A stretch of DNA of 44,387 nt from Phycisphaeraceae bacterium (GCA_007125385.1 SLDI01000008.1:1-44387); one strand, 5' to 3'. Counted from the stretch's first letter, positions 6,548 to 15,277 are shown. The notes: a model not told the origin generated them from the letters alone. Translations and numbers: made by a program.

Positions 6548-7633
6548 ATGCTGCCCGACGCCCCGCCCACACCGTTCCGCCTCGCTCAGCCACCACGTCG
6601 ATGGCAGCAGCTGGGCTGTGTCATGCCGCGCGGCGGGCCGGGCGCGTATGACAGCCGCGTCACCGGCGACCCGTGCGTGGTGCGCGACGAGCAGGCCGAT
6701 GCCTGGCGGACGTTCTACTTCGCCATGGGTCAGGTCAGCGAGAACGAGAACTGCGCCAACGCCCAGGCGATGCTCAGGCTCGTCGACGGCCGGCCGGTGT
6801 TCGAGAAGCTCGGCCCGATCGTCTACGAGAACAAGGCCGACCTTCGAGGCTCGGCCCACAAGCCGTGGATCGTGATGGACCCGACGCGTCCCGGCGAGCC
6901 GGCGCGACCCGACGGCCGCATCTGGCTGCTCAGCGCGGTCTACCGCGGGGCGAACAAGGTGATCGTGCTGTCGACCGCCGAGACCCTGGCCGGGCCGTGG
7001 CGCGTCGAGCCCGAGCCGCTGGTGAATCTGGGCCAGGCTGAGGCGTTCGACGGCTACCACGCCGACTCGCCCACGGGCTGGTGGTTCCCCGATCGCGAGC
7101 AGGTACTGGTCTACTACAAGGGTTACCCGCGCCATCCGCAGGCCGACCAGCCGCTCTCGCCACTGGGCTCAAGCCTCGCCGCCGTGGTGGTGGATCCGGC
7201 GACGCGGCGGGCGCACCACGTGGGCAGGATGCTGCCGCCGGTGGAGCAGCCGGGGCACTGGGCGAGCGGCTGGATGGGCCCGATGCAGTTGTTCGCCGCC
7301 GAGGGAGGCGGCTGGTGGGGCCTGCTCAGCGCCAGCCCGACGCCGCCGGCGCCGGTTGAAGAGTCACCCCGCATGCGTGAGCCGGCGCCGTCGCAGGGCG
7401 GCTGGGCGTACACCGCCGCCGCCTGGCCCGTCGGCGGGTGGGAGCTGGAGGATGAGCCGATCGTCCGCGCCGATGCAGTGCCCGCCGACGCGGCCGCCGA
7501 CGGCGAAGGCGTGAACTTCTGGCGGCACCACCTGGCGGTGCTCGACGGTTCGCGCGCGCTGCTGCTGTACAACTCCGGGCCGTACGGCGAGGAGCGGCTG
7601 TTCGGGCGCATGGGCAGCGTTGACGCGCGTTGA
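6548..7633 (+). CDS. Hypothetical protein; weak resemblance to five-bladed beta-propeller glycosidases (GH43/GH130-like)
   Basis: 361-aa ORF with GAGGTG 7 nt upstream of the ATG. Propeller-like blade motifs ('TGDPCVVRDE..WRTFYFAM', 'KPWIVMD', 'LVYYKGY', 'LLLYNSGPY'). No signal peptide. The function call is weak. Confidence 0.55.
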   Translation: MLPDAPPTPFRLAQPPRRWQQLGCVMPRGGPGAYDSRVTGDPCVVRDEQADAWRTFYFAMGQVSENENCANAQAMLRLVDGRPVFEKLGPIVYENKADLRGSAHKPWIVMDPTRPGEPARPDGRIWLLSAVYRGANKVIVLSTAETLAGPWRVEPEPLVNLGQAEAFDGYHADSPTGWWFPDREQVLVYYKGYPRHPQADQPLSPLGSSLAAVVVDPATRRAHHVGRMLPPVEQPGHWASGWMGPMQLFAAEGGGWWGLLSASPTPPAPVEESPRMREPAPSQGGWAYTAAAWPVGGWELEDEPIVRADAVPADAAADGEGVNFWRHHLAVLDGSRALLLYNSGPYGEERLFGRMGSVDAR

Positions 7634-7697
7634 GCCGTGGCCACCGACGCCGGAGGCCTCGACCCAGGCGGCGAACTGGGCGTTGTTGCCGACGGGT

Positions 7698-7979
7698 TCA
7701 GCGGCGCCGATGGCGGCGCAGCAGCATCAGCCCCGCCAGGCCGAGCATGCCCAGCGTGCCCGGCTCGGGGATGCTGGTGTGGTGGCCGTCGCCGTTGAGC
7801 ATGTCGTCGGCGTCCGTGACGGCGTCGTGACCGTTGCCGGTGAGCATGTCGACGAACGCGGCGACGTCGGCCGTGTCAAACGCGCCGTCCTGGTTGATGT
7901 CGCCGACGTCGACGGGGTCGAAGCCGTGGCGATGCTCGTAGGCCGCGGGATCGGTCAGGGCCAGGACGAAGTCGGCGAC
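7698..7979 (-). pseudogene. 3' remnant of a dockerin-like/PEP-CTERM surface-protein gene (truncated inside the first dockerin-like repeat)
   Basis: Encodes VADFVLALTDPAAYEHRHGFDPVDVGDINQDGAFDTADVAAFVDMLTG...SIPEPGTLGMLGLAGLMLLRRHRRR. This is homologous to the C-terminal cassettes at 11943-12206, 23738-24013 and 31617-31897, but starts mid-repeat. Confidence 0.7.
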
Positions 7980-7980
7980 C

Positions 7981-8142
7981 CTCGGCGTAGTCCACGTGGA
8001 TGTGGCCGAAGTCCGCCTCCAGACGCTCACCGGCCGGGTGCTCCAGCGGGATGAACGTCGCCTGCTCACGCTGGCGATGCCGGGCGACGTAGCGCCGCAC
8101 CTGGTCGTCGCTGCCGGTGTAGGCGTGCTCGGCGAAATACGG
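7981..8142 (-). mobile_element. IS21-family transposase (IstA) internal fragment (IS scar)
   Basis: The frame of track ORF 7876..8100, extended upstream by my translation, reads YFAEHAYTGSDDQVRRYVARHRQREQATFIPLEHPAGERLEADFGHIHVDY. It matches the IstA pattern 'GY.GS...V.RYV...R......F.PL.H.PGE..Q.DFG'. No start, no catalytic DDE region and no IstB. Confidence 0.55.
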
Positions 8143-8159
8143 AACATGGCAGTGGCCTG

Positions 8160-8459
8160 GGGGTCTTTCGTTACGTGGGCGATCGCACGCTGGGCTGGCA
8201 GCACCACTTCAGGCGCCTGCGGGTTCGAGCCCGAGGCGAACATCGCCTGCCAGCCGAGGGACACCTCGCTCTCGCCCGTCAGCGGCTGGATGATGAACTG
8301 ATCCTGCAACCACAGGGCGTGGCCGGCGCGCCAGAGCACGTGGTTGGCGGTGCCCGGCGGCGCCCAGGTCAGCCGATCCTGCGGGGCCGCCTCGAACAGG
8401 CCGACCGTGTCGCGCCGCACCTGCCGGGCCAGCTCCTTGAGCAACACGGGTTCATGCAT
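8160..8459 (-). pseudogene. DinB-family (DinB_2) protein, N-terminal ~100 aa only
   Basis: MHEPVLLKELARQVRRDTVGLFEAAPQDRLTWAPPGTANHVLWRAGHALWLQDQFIIQPLTG...WQAMFASGSNPQ. It has the typical 'W.P.pg.N...W...H' DinB signature. The reading frame then runs into IS-derived sequence. The 3' boundary is uncertain by about +/-20 nt. Confidence 0.6.
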
Positions 8460-8499
8460 GGTGACTGCGGGTTGCGGATGTCGCGCGTTTGCATGTCCC

Positions 8500-8733
8500 T
8501 CACGGCTCGTCCGCCGTCGCCTCCTCGCCGAGCTCCAGCAGGTGGGCGCAGCCCGTCTTCGCGAAGATCCGCCGCAGCTTCGGATCGTCGGGCACCTCGC
8601 CGAGCAGGTAGATGCTCAGCTTGTCCAGGCCCAGGCCGCCGTAGTCGTAGCCAAGCTCGCGCAGCAGGCGGCGCAGCTCGCGGGCTTCCGGGGCGTTCGA
8701 CGCCGTCAGAAACGTGAACGTGCGGATGAGCAC
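8500..8733 (-). CDS. Hypothetical small protein (77 aa)
   Basis: GTG start. Strongly GC3-biased codons across the ORF, and the bias is lost upstream of the start. No recognisable motif. Confidence 0.4.
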   Translation of the reverse strand: MLIRTFTFLTASNAPEARELRRLLRELGYDYGGLGLDKLSIYLLGEVPDDPKLRRIFAKTGCAHLLELGEEATADEP

Positions 8734-9197
8734 GGCCCCATCCGTGGGACGAGGCGACCAGGTTAGCCGAGGCGGTGGCCCTCAGGTTGGCCGTGACGTA
8801 ACTGGGGAACCTCGCCGGATGGCAGTCCCGGTTTGCTTTTCGCGCTTCGACGCCATGATCGAGGCGTACGATGGCGCGCCCGCGGGCGTGAGGCCTTGGA
8901 GGCTGGCGGCGCGGCCGGTAGAATAGAAGCGGTACATTTCATCGCACCGTCCATCGAGCCCCGGGGAAAAATCGAGCTGCCCTGATTCTCCTTTGCCGGT
9001 CGCCGCGGCCTCTTGGGAAGGAGACCTATCATGACGTGGCGCGACCCGGATGCAGTTGACAGCCTCGGTTCCGCCCCCCCTCCCGCTGGCCCTGGCGTCG
9101 CGTACGCTCTGTTTCCCCAAGCCCGTGCATCCTCCGCGGCATGCGGTGACCGGGAACCGGGCTGGCGGCGACGGCCTGCCGCCGGCTCGGTGGACCC

Positions 9198-12100
9198 ATG
9201 CTCACCCTCACGCTGCTCGCCGTCGCGCCACCGCTTGTGGCGCAAGAGACCCACTGGACGGGCAAGGACGCGAACTGGCTGGATCCGGGTCCCCCGGACG
9301 ATCCGAACTGGACCAACGAGGTGCCCGACAGCTCGAAGGACGCGATCGTCGACGCCGGCGTGAGTCGGATCGGCGGGCCCGCGACCGCCAGCCAGGTGTT
9401 CGTGGGCCGGTCAGGCAGCGGCCGAGTGGTCATCGGCGACACCTTCTTCGACATCATTCAGCCGGGCACGCTCTCGAATTCCGGCGCGCGGATCGGTGAG
9501 AACGCCGGCTCCTTCGGGCGCGTGAACCTGCGCTTCGGCTCGAGCTGGAGCATGACCAGCAGCCTGTTTGTCGGCGACGGCGGGACGGGCGAGCTGACGA
9601 TCGCCGGCGGGTCGACGGTCACGGCCTCGTCCAGCCGGATCGGCCGGCTGGGCGGTTCCGACGGAACCGTGACGGTCAGCGGCATCGGCTCACTCTGGGA
9701 GGCGAACACGTTCTTCCACCCCAACCCCGGTACGTTTGCGGGGCTGGTCGTGGGCAACAGCGGCACGGGTCGGCTGACGATCGCAAACGGCGGAACCGTC
9801 ACCAACGAGATTTTCGTCGTCATCGCGTCCGGCTCCGAGTCCGAGGGGACCGTCACCGTCACCGGCGCCGGCTCGACCTGGATCAACAACAGCTCGTTGC
9901 GCGTTGGCCATGTCGGCCAGGGCGAACTGATCATCGACGACGGCGGATACGTCGAGAACACCTGGGCCCACGTGGCCGCAGCGATCGAATCGCACAGCAC
10001 GGTGACGGTCAGCGGATACGGCTCGACCTGGCAGAACAGCGGGGAGCTGATCGTCGGCAACGGCACCGACGCGGTGGGCGAACTGACGATCGCCGAGGGC
10101 GGCCAGGTTTCGGCCGCGGAGCTGACCCTTGGGAACATGGCCGGCAGCGCCGTCGCGACGGTCACGGGGCCGGGGGCGCTGCTGAGCAGCGAGGGCGAGC
10201 TGTGGGTCGCCTTCGGCGGCAGCAGCGGCAACTCGGGCACATTGACGATCGCCGACGGCGGGGCCGTGACGAACACGGACGGCACCGTCGGCACACGCGC
10301 CAACACCGCGGGCACCGTCACGCTGAGCGGCGCCGGCTCAAGCTGGACCAACGAGGGCGAACTGATCGTGGGAGCGAGCGGCGGCCTGGGTCTGCTGAGC
10401 ATCACGGATGGTGGGGTGGTGTCGTCCTTCTCCGGGGCGGTGGGTGACGGATCCCTGGTGAGTGATCGGCCGGGCATCGGCCAGGTGACCATCAGCGGCG
10501 AAGACTCGACGTGGAGCAACACGGGCGAACTGGTGGTCGCAACGGGTGGCGGGCTGGGGGACGTGGCCGTGGCGCAGTGCGGGACGATGACGAGTGCGGG
10601 GGCGACGCTCGGGGCGGGCGGCCTGAACTCGGTCGGCACGGTGACGGTCACGGGCGCCGGCTCGACGTGGACCAACGAGGGTGAGCTGACGCTGGCGGCC
10701 TCCGGCGACACCGAGGGCGAACTCATCGTCGCCGATGGCGGCATCGTCTCCAACACCAGCGCGGCGATCGGCGTCCTCGGGCGCGAGGGGCGCGTCACCG
10801 TGTCGGGTGACCAGAGCATGTGGACCAGTGACGGGGAGTTGACGCTCGGCGGAGCGGCGGGCCGCCACGGGGCGCTGGACGTCGTCGATGGTGCGATTGT
10901 CGTTTCCGGGGACGCGCGGCTGGCGATCCAGACGCATGTCGGCCCGCGCGGCTCGGCGGCAGTCAACGTTGGCGGCGAAGGCTCCGAATGGATCATCAAC
11001 GGACAGCTCCTCCTCGGCGAGTTTGGCCAGGCGGAGTTGCTGATCGCCGAGGGCGCGAGCGTGTCGAACACGTTCGGGACAATCGGCTGGGATCCGGGCG
11101 CAACGAGCAGCGTGGTGGTGACGGGCGCTGACGCGAGGTGGGACAACAGCGCGTCGCTCGGCGTGGGCGTGGCGGGGCCAGGCGAGCTGACGATCGCAAA
11201 CGGCGCCACCGCGACCAGCGCGTCGACGGCGGTAGGCAGCGGGGCGGGCTCGATGGGCGTGGCGGTGGTCAGCGGCGCGAACTCGACGTGGACGACGACC
11301 GATCTTCGCGTGGGCGTGGCCGGCGCAGGCGAGGTGACGATCGCCGAGGGCGCGAGCGTTTGGAGCAGCGAGGCGGTGCTCGGTGCCTCCGCGGGGGCGG
11401 TCGGGATCGTCGAGGTGGCCGGCGAAGGGTCGACATGGACGAGCGCGGGCGGCGTGCACGTGGGCGGGGGCGCGAACGAGGCCGGCGGCGCCGCCATGCT
11501 GACGGTGACGGACGGCGGCGTCCTCGAAGCGGGCCAGACCGTGCTGGTCTGGGGCGACGGGAGCGTGCTCGGCGACGGCGAGATCGTCGCGGAGCTGGTG
11601 GTCAATCGCGGGCTGGTGGCGCCCGAGTTGCCGGGCCAGTTCCCCGACCCCGGCACGCTCACGCTCGACGCCGACTATCAACAGGACGCGGCCGGCCGGC
11701 TGCGCATCCGCCTCGTCGGCGCGGAGCACAGCCGACTCGCGGTCACGCAGAATGCGGCGCTTGATGGCGTGCTGGAGATCGTGGCCACCGAAGCCGAGGG
11801 CGTGGCCTACTGGGAGCCCGTGCAGATCGTCTCGGCCGGGGCCGTGGCGGGGACATTCAATGAGGTTTCCGAGCCGGTGGTGGACGCGGGGACCTTTTTC
11901 CACCTGGAGTACGAGGAGCAAGCGGTGGTGCTGATGCCCGGCCTGCTGGGCGACATGAACCTCGACGGCGTGGTCGACACCGGCGACGTCGCGCCGTTCG
12001 TCCGGGCGCTGACGGACCCGGCAGCCTACGAGGCGGAGTACGGCATTGACCCCGTGCTCGTCGGCGACATCAACCAGGACGGCGCCTTCGACACGGGCGA

Positions 12101-12266
12101 TGTGGCGCCGTTTGTGGAACTGCTGGTCAGCTCCGACAGCGGCGCGATTCCCGAGCCCGGCAGCCTCGCCCTCCTGAGTCTGGGCGGGCTGATGCTGCTG
12201 CGGCGAGGAGGGCGGAAGCCGTCAAGACGGGCCGTCGGCGCCGGGGACCGCCAGGCGGGCTGCTAG
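9198..12266 (+). CDS. Giant surface protein: about 13 T5SS/PEP-CTERM-associated beta-helix repeats, two dockerin-like repeats and a PEP-CTERM anchor
   Basis: Repeating ~65-aa module 'G.VTVSG.GS.W...G.L.VG..G.GELTIA.GG.V......IG'. Autotransporter-like terminal segment 'LDADYQQDAAGRLRIRLVG..HSRLAVTQNAALDGVLEIV'. 'GDMNLDGVVDTGDVAPF' and 'GDINQDGAFDTGDVAPF'. 'IPEPGSLALLSLGGLMLLRRGGRK'. Confidence 0.85.
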   Translation: MLTLTLLAVAPPLVAQETHWTGKDANWLDPGPPDDPNWTNEVPDSSKDAIVDAGVSRIGGPATASQVFVGRSGSGRVVIGDTFFDIIQPGTLSNSGARIGENAGSFGRVNLRFGSSWSMTSSLFVGDGGTGELTIAGGSTVTASSSRIGRLGGSDGTVTVSGIGSLWEANTFFHPNPGTFAGLVVGNSGTGRLTIANGGTVTNEIFVVIASGSESEGTVTVTGAGSTWINNSSLRVGHVGQGELIIDDGGYVENTWAHVAAAIESHSTVTVSGYGSTWQNSGELIVGNGTDAVGELTIAEGGQVSAAELTLGNMAGSAVATVTGPGALLSSEGELWVAFGGSSGNSGTLTIADGGAVTNTDGTVGTRANTAGTVTLSGAGSSWTNEGELIVGASGGLGLLSITDGGVVSSFSGAVGDGSLVSDRPGIGQVTISGEDSTWSNTGELVVATGGGLGDVAVAQCGTMTSAGATLGAGGLNSVGTVTVTGAGSTWTNEGELTLAASGDTEGELIVADGGIVSNTSAAIGVLGREGRVTVSGDQSMWTSDGELTLGGAAGRHGALDVVDGAIVVSGDARLAIQTHVGPRGSAAVNVGGEGSEWIINGQLLLGEFGQAELLIAEGASVSNTFGTIGWDPGATSSVVVTGADARWDNSASLGVGVAGPGELTIANGATATSASTAVGSGAGSMGVAVVSGANSTWTTTDLRVGVAGAGEVTIAEGASVWSSEAVLGASAGAVGIVEVAGEGSTWTSAGGVHVGGGANEAGGAAMLTVTDGGVLEAGQTVLVWGDGSVLGDGEIVAELVVNRGLVAPELPGQFPDPGTLTLDADYQQDAAGRLRIRLVGAEHSRLAVTQNAALDGVLEIVATEAEGVAYWEPVQIVSAGAVAGTFNEVSEPVVDAGTFFHLEYEEQAVVLMPGLLGDMNLDGVVDTGDVAPFVRALTDPAAYEAEYGIDPVLVGDINQDGAFDTGDVAPFVELLVSSDSGAIPEPGSLALLSLGGLMLLRRGGRKPSRRAVGAGDRQAGC
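11943..12206 (+). repeat. Dockerin-pair/PEP-CTERM cassette, copy 1
   Basis: Nucleotide-level similarity (roughly 85-90% by eye over the first ~170 nt) to 23738-24013. More diverged relative to 31617-31897 and 7698-7979(-). Confidence 0.8.
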
Positions 12267-12284
12267 AGCTCCCCCGTGGCCAAC

Positions 12285-12410
12285 GTGTGGCCGAGTGTGT
12301 TCAAGTGCATCGAGGTGATTTGCGACCGCAAGCGGACCCACCAGGCCCTGGGCCATGTCGGCCCGGAGCAGTCCGAAGCCGACCACGCCCCGGCGGAGCA
12401 AGTGGCGTAA
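12285..12410 (+). mobile_element. IS3-family transposase (OrfB) extreme C-terminal remnant
   Basis: My translation: VWPSVFKCIEVICDRKRTHQALGHVGPEQSEADHAPAEQVA*, with TAA at 12408-12410. It matches the IS3 OrfB tail 'IE.FYN.KR.HSALGY.SP..FE'. It starts about 20 nt after the stop of the giant gene. Confidence 0.55.
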
Positions 12411-12512
12411 GATGGGGCCGTCCGGAATCCGCTGGCCGCGGGCCTCACAGGGTTCACCGATGTAAGTTCCGCGGGCCGAGGATGTATCGCGGTCCCTGAC
12501 AGGAGATGTGTC

Positions 12513-14546
12513 ATGCAGCGAGGGCTTTGGTTCGGTCTGGTCGGTATCGTGTTGGCGCTGGGCGCGAACCCGTCGCACGGCCAGGTGACGCTGTTCAACT
12601 ACGACGTGCTCGACGACGCCACCAGCGTCGAGCCCGGCGACACGCTCGAGCCCATCACCATCGTCGGTGCCCGCAACGGCACCTTCTCCGGCGCCCTCGG
12701 CGTCCATGGCGAGGACGACATCACCGGCCTGCGGGCGTCCATCGACGCACTCACCGCCAACGGCCAGCGCATCGACGCCGAGCACATCCGCATCCGCTAC
12801 GCCGACCGCTACCCCCACACCACGCGTCGGCGGGTCTCCGGCCTGGACGTGCTGCTCGACGACGCCCCTGAGCGATCGCTCATCGGCGTCTGGGTCACCG
12901 TCACCGTCCCCGCCGACGCCCAGCCGGGCACCTACCGCGGGGAGTTGACGGTTCAGGCCGACGGTATGGACCCGGCGACGGTGGACGTGGAGCTGTACGT
13001 CGCCGACTGGACGCTGCCCGATGCCCAGGACTTCCGCACCTGGATCGAGATCCTCCAGAGCCCGGACACGCTCGCGATCGAGTATGACGTGGAGATGTGG
13101 AGCGAGGAGCACTGGGAGATGATCGGCCGATCGTTCGAGCTCATGGCCGCCGTGGGCAACCGCATCGTCTACGTGCCCGTCATGGAGCGGACCAACTGGG
13201 GCAACGAGCGTGGCATGATCCGCTGGATCGAGCGCGATGGCGAGCACGCCTACGACTGGGACTTCTCCATCATGCAGCGCTACCTGGAGCTCGCCGAGGA
13301 GAAGATGGGCCCGCCGACGCACGTCGTGTTCAACGTGTGGGACGTGGTGCTGGCCGAGAGCGCTCCCATGCCCCACCACCAGCGCGACGAAGCCCGCGAG
13401 GCACGTGAGGATCTTGCCGGCCGGGGCGTGCGCGTGACGAAGCTCGACCCGGACACCGGCGAGTTGGAGAGCCTCTTCCTGCCCCGCTACGAGGAGGAGC
13501 CCAGCCAGCGCATCTGGAACGGGTTCTTTGACGAGCTGCGCGCCGAGCTGGCGGAAATGGACCTGGAGCAGAGTCTGATGCTTGGCGTCGCCACTGACGC
13601 CATCCCCAGCGCCGAGGAACTGGAGGCGCTTCACGACGCCTCCGGCGGGGCGCCCTGGGTCAGCCACGCCCACCCCAATCGCCAGATCGGCCCCTACGTC
13701 CGCCACGCGAGCACGCTGCGCAACATCGCCCCGCTGGCCTACGACGCCCACGTCTACCGCATGGGCTACAACGCCAATCCCGAAATCGGCGAACGCTACT
13801 ACGGCTGGAAGCAGTCCGCCCACAACGCCCACTTCGGCCGCAACGGGCGGTACAACGGCCCGGCGCTGCGGGCGCGCATCCTGCCGGAGAAGAACATCAC
13901 CGGCCGCCAGCGCGGCGTCGGACGCATCGGCGGCGACTTCTGGTTCGTCCTGCGCGACCGACGCGACCGACGCAGCGGCGCCGTCTACAACCGCTACCCC
14001 GAGAACATGTGGCGGAACCTCGACATCGAATCCTTCATCCTCGCCCCCGGGCCTGACGGACCGGTGGGCACGGCCCGGCTGGAGAACATGCGCGAGGGCG
14101 TCCAGGAGTGCGAGGCCCGCATCCTGATCGAGAGCGTGCTGCTCGACGACAGCGCCCGCGCCCACATCAGCGACGAGCTGGCCGACCGCGCCCAGGCGCT
14201 GCTCGACGAGCGCCAGCTCGCGACGTGGCGCTCCGTCTGGCCCTATAACGACGACATCGAGCAGCTCGGCCGCGTCGGCGATCACGGCAACGCCCGCAAC
14301 CCCATCGAGGCCGTCTGGCAGGCGCTCGACGCCGCCGGCCGCGATTTGCCCGGGTATTGGGACAGCGAGGCCCGCCAGATGCGCAGCGAGGCCGGCCAAC
14401 TCGGCCGCCAGTGGTTCGTCCAGTCCGACTGGCAGCGCCGCGTGCGCGAGCTCTACGACATCGCCGGCGAGATCGACAGCATCCTCAGCGACGAGGGCAT
14501 CGACACCTACCAGCTCGCCATGCGCCTGCGCGAGCAGAGCGAGTGA
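12513..14546 (+). CDS. Secreted glycoside-hydrolase-domain protein (DUF4091/DUF6067-like, GH123-related architecture)
   Basis: AGGAG 7 nt upstream. Signal peptide MQRGLWFGLVGIVLALGANPSHG. 'GTYRGELTVQADGMDPATVDVELYVADWTLPD' resembles the beta-sandwich-to-catalytic-domain junction of DUF4091/DUF6067 proteins. The family call is moderate. Confidence 0.7.
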   Translation: MQRGLWFGLVGIVLALGANPSHGQVTLFNYDVLDDATSVEPGDTLEPITIVGARNGTFSGALGVHGEDDITGLRASIDALTANGQRIDAEHIRIRYADRYPHTTRRRVSGLDVLLDDAPERSLIGVWVTVTVPADAQPGTYRGELTVQADGMDPATVDVELYVADWTLPDAQDFRTWIEILQSPDTLAIEYDVEMWSEEHWEMIGRSFELMAAVGNRIVYVPVMERTNWGNERGMIRWIERDGEHAYDWDFSIMQRYLELAEEKMGPPTHVVFNVWDVVLAESAPMPHHQRDEAREAREDLAGRGVRVTKLDPDTGELESLFLPRYEEEPSQRIWNGFFDELRAELAEMDLEQSLMLGVATDAIPSAEELEALHDASGGAPWVSHAHPNRQIGPYVRHASTLRNIAPLAYDAHVYRMGYNANPEIGERYYGWKQSAHNAHFGRNGRYNGPALRARILPEKNITGRQRGVGRIGGDFWFVLRDRRDRRSGAVYNRYPENMWRNLDIESFILAPGPDGPVGTARLENMREGVQECEARILIESVLLDDSARAHISDELADRAQALLDERQLATWRSVWPYNDDIEQLGRVGDHGNARNPIEAVWQALDAAGRDLPGYWDSEARQMRSEAGQLGRQWFVQSDWQRRVRELYDIAGEIDSILSDEGIDTYQLAMRLREQSE

Positions 14547-15277
14547 GGCTCGCCGTTTGGCATCACGGCCGGCGAGCTTGCCCGCGCCCCGCTGCATGAG
14601 AGGTTTGCTTCGCTGGCCGGTGCCCCCACGCCACCAACCCACGTGGAGGCTGCCGCGAGGCCTTCGGTTACCGCTGCCCGAGTCGCGTCTCACGTCTCAC
14701 GTCTCACGGCACACCCACGGTTGAGCCGCGACCCCGCCGGGCCGGGGTGGCTTCGACCCTCGAACCAGTCCAGCACCAGGTTAGGCGCGTGCGCGCGCGG
14801 CGGGCATCGCCGGCGTGAACGTCCACCATGTCAGGATCGAGCAGGCGCACGCGCATCACAACCCGGGCCGGACGCGCGGCGTGCGGCTGCGCAGCAGCAC
14901 GCACCGCGAGCTGCTCGACAGCCACCTGGAGCGCAGCACACTCACGGGGATGAATTGCGACAACGTGCAGCACGGGCGGGTGGCGGGGAGAGGGCGCGTC
15001 CGCCGAGCGAGAGACGCGCGGTCTCACGGTCAATTCCTGTTCCTGCTGACGCACCGGCTGCGGTGACGACGTAACGTGGGCCTCATGCTGTTCCGCAGCG
15101 GCTCGAGTCGAGTCTGTGCCTCGCGATTGGGACATTTTGCAAGACTGTCGCGCCGTGCGGACATACGCACAGAGGAACCCTGACGGTCTAACGTGGCGGC
15201 CGTCACATCTATGCCTGCAGGCCTTCGAGGCCCATCTGGGCATTCGCGGTTATGCCTTGCGCGAACTGGACTCGGTC

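Noticed and set aside
8221-8232. 'GGGTTCGAGCCC' resembling a tRNA T-arm
   Set aside because: The flanking bases do not form a T-stem (GCGGG versus CCGAG) or an acceptor stem. It lies inside the DinB-fragment coding frame.
9031-9363. ORF with a very strong SD (GGAAGGAG-N7-ATG) upstream of the adhesin gene
   Set aside because: The translation (MTWRDPDAVDSLGSAPPPAGPGVAYALFPQARASSAACGDREPGWRRRP...) is non-protein-like and overlaps the adhesin start out of frame. It is kept only as a note under the adhesin N-terminus finding, since a short leader peptide cannot be excluded.
9458-11662. 734-aa minus-strand ORF antisense to the adhesin gene. Similar antisense or off-frame ORFs: 10338..11921, 12222..14693, 19472..20962, 20254..22092, 21233..23707, 41680..44058, 43133..44365.
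   Set aside because: All are Ser/Pro/Ala/Arg-rich with no motifs. They mirror genes that have clear repeats, motifs, SD sites or signal peptides on the other strand or frame.
14686-14706. (cgtctca)x3 tandem heptamer
   Set aside because: Only three units with no partner repeats. It is not CRISPR-like or satellite-like and is likely a chance slippage product.
14704-15243. 179-aa minus-strand ORF in the 730-bp gap
   Set aside because: Arg/Ala/Pro-rich, with no SD, no motifs and no GC3 periodicity convincing by eye.
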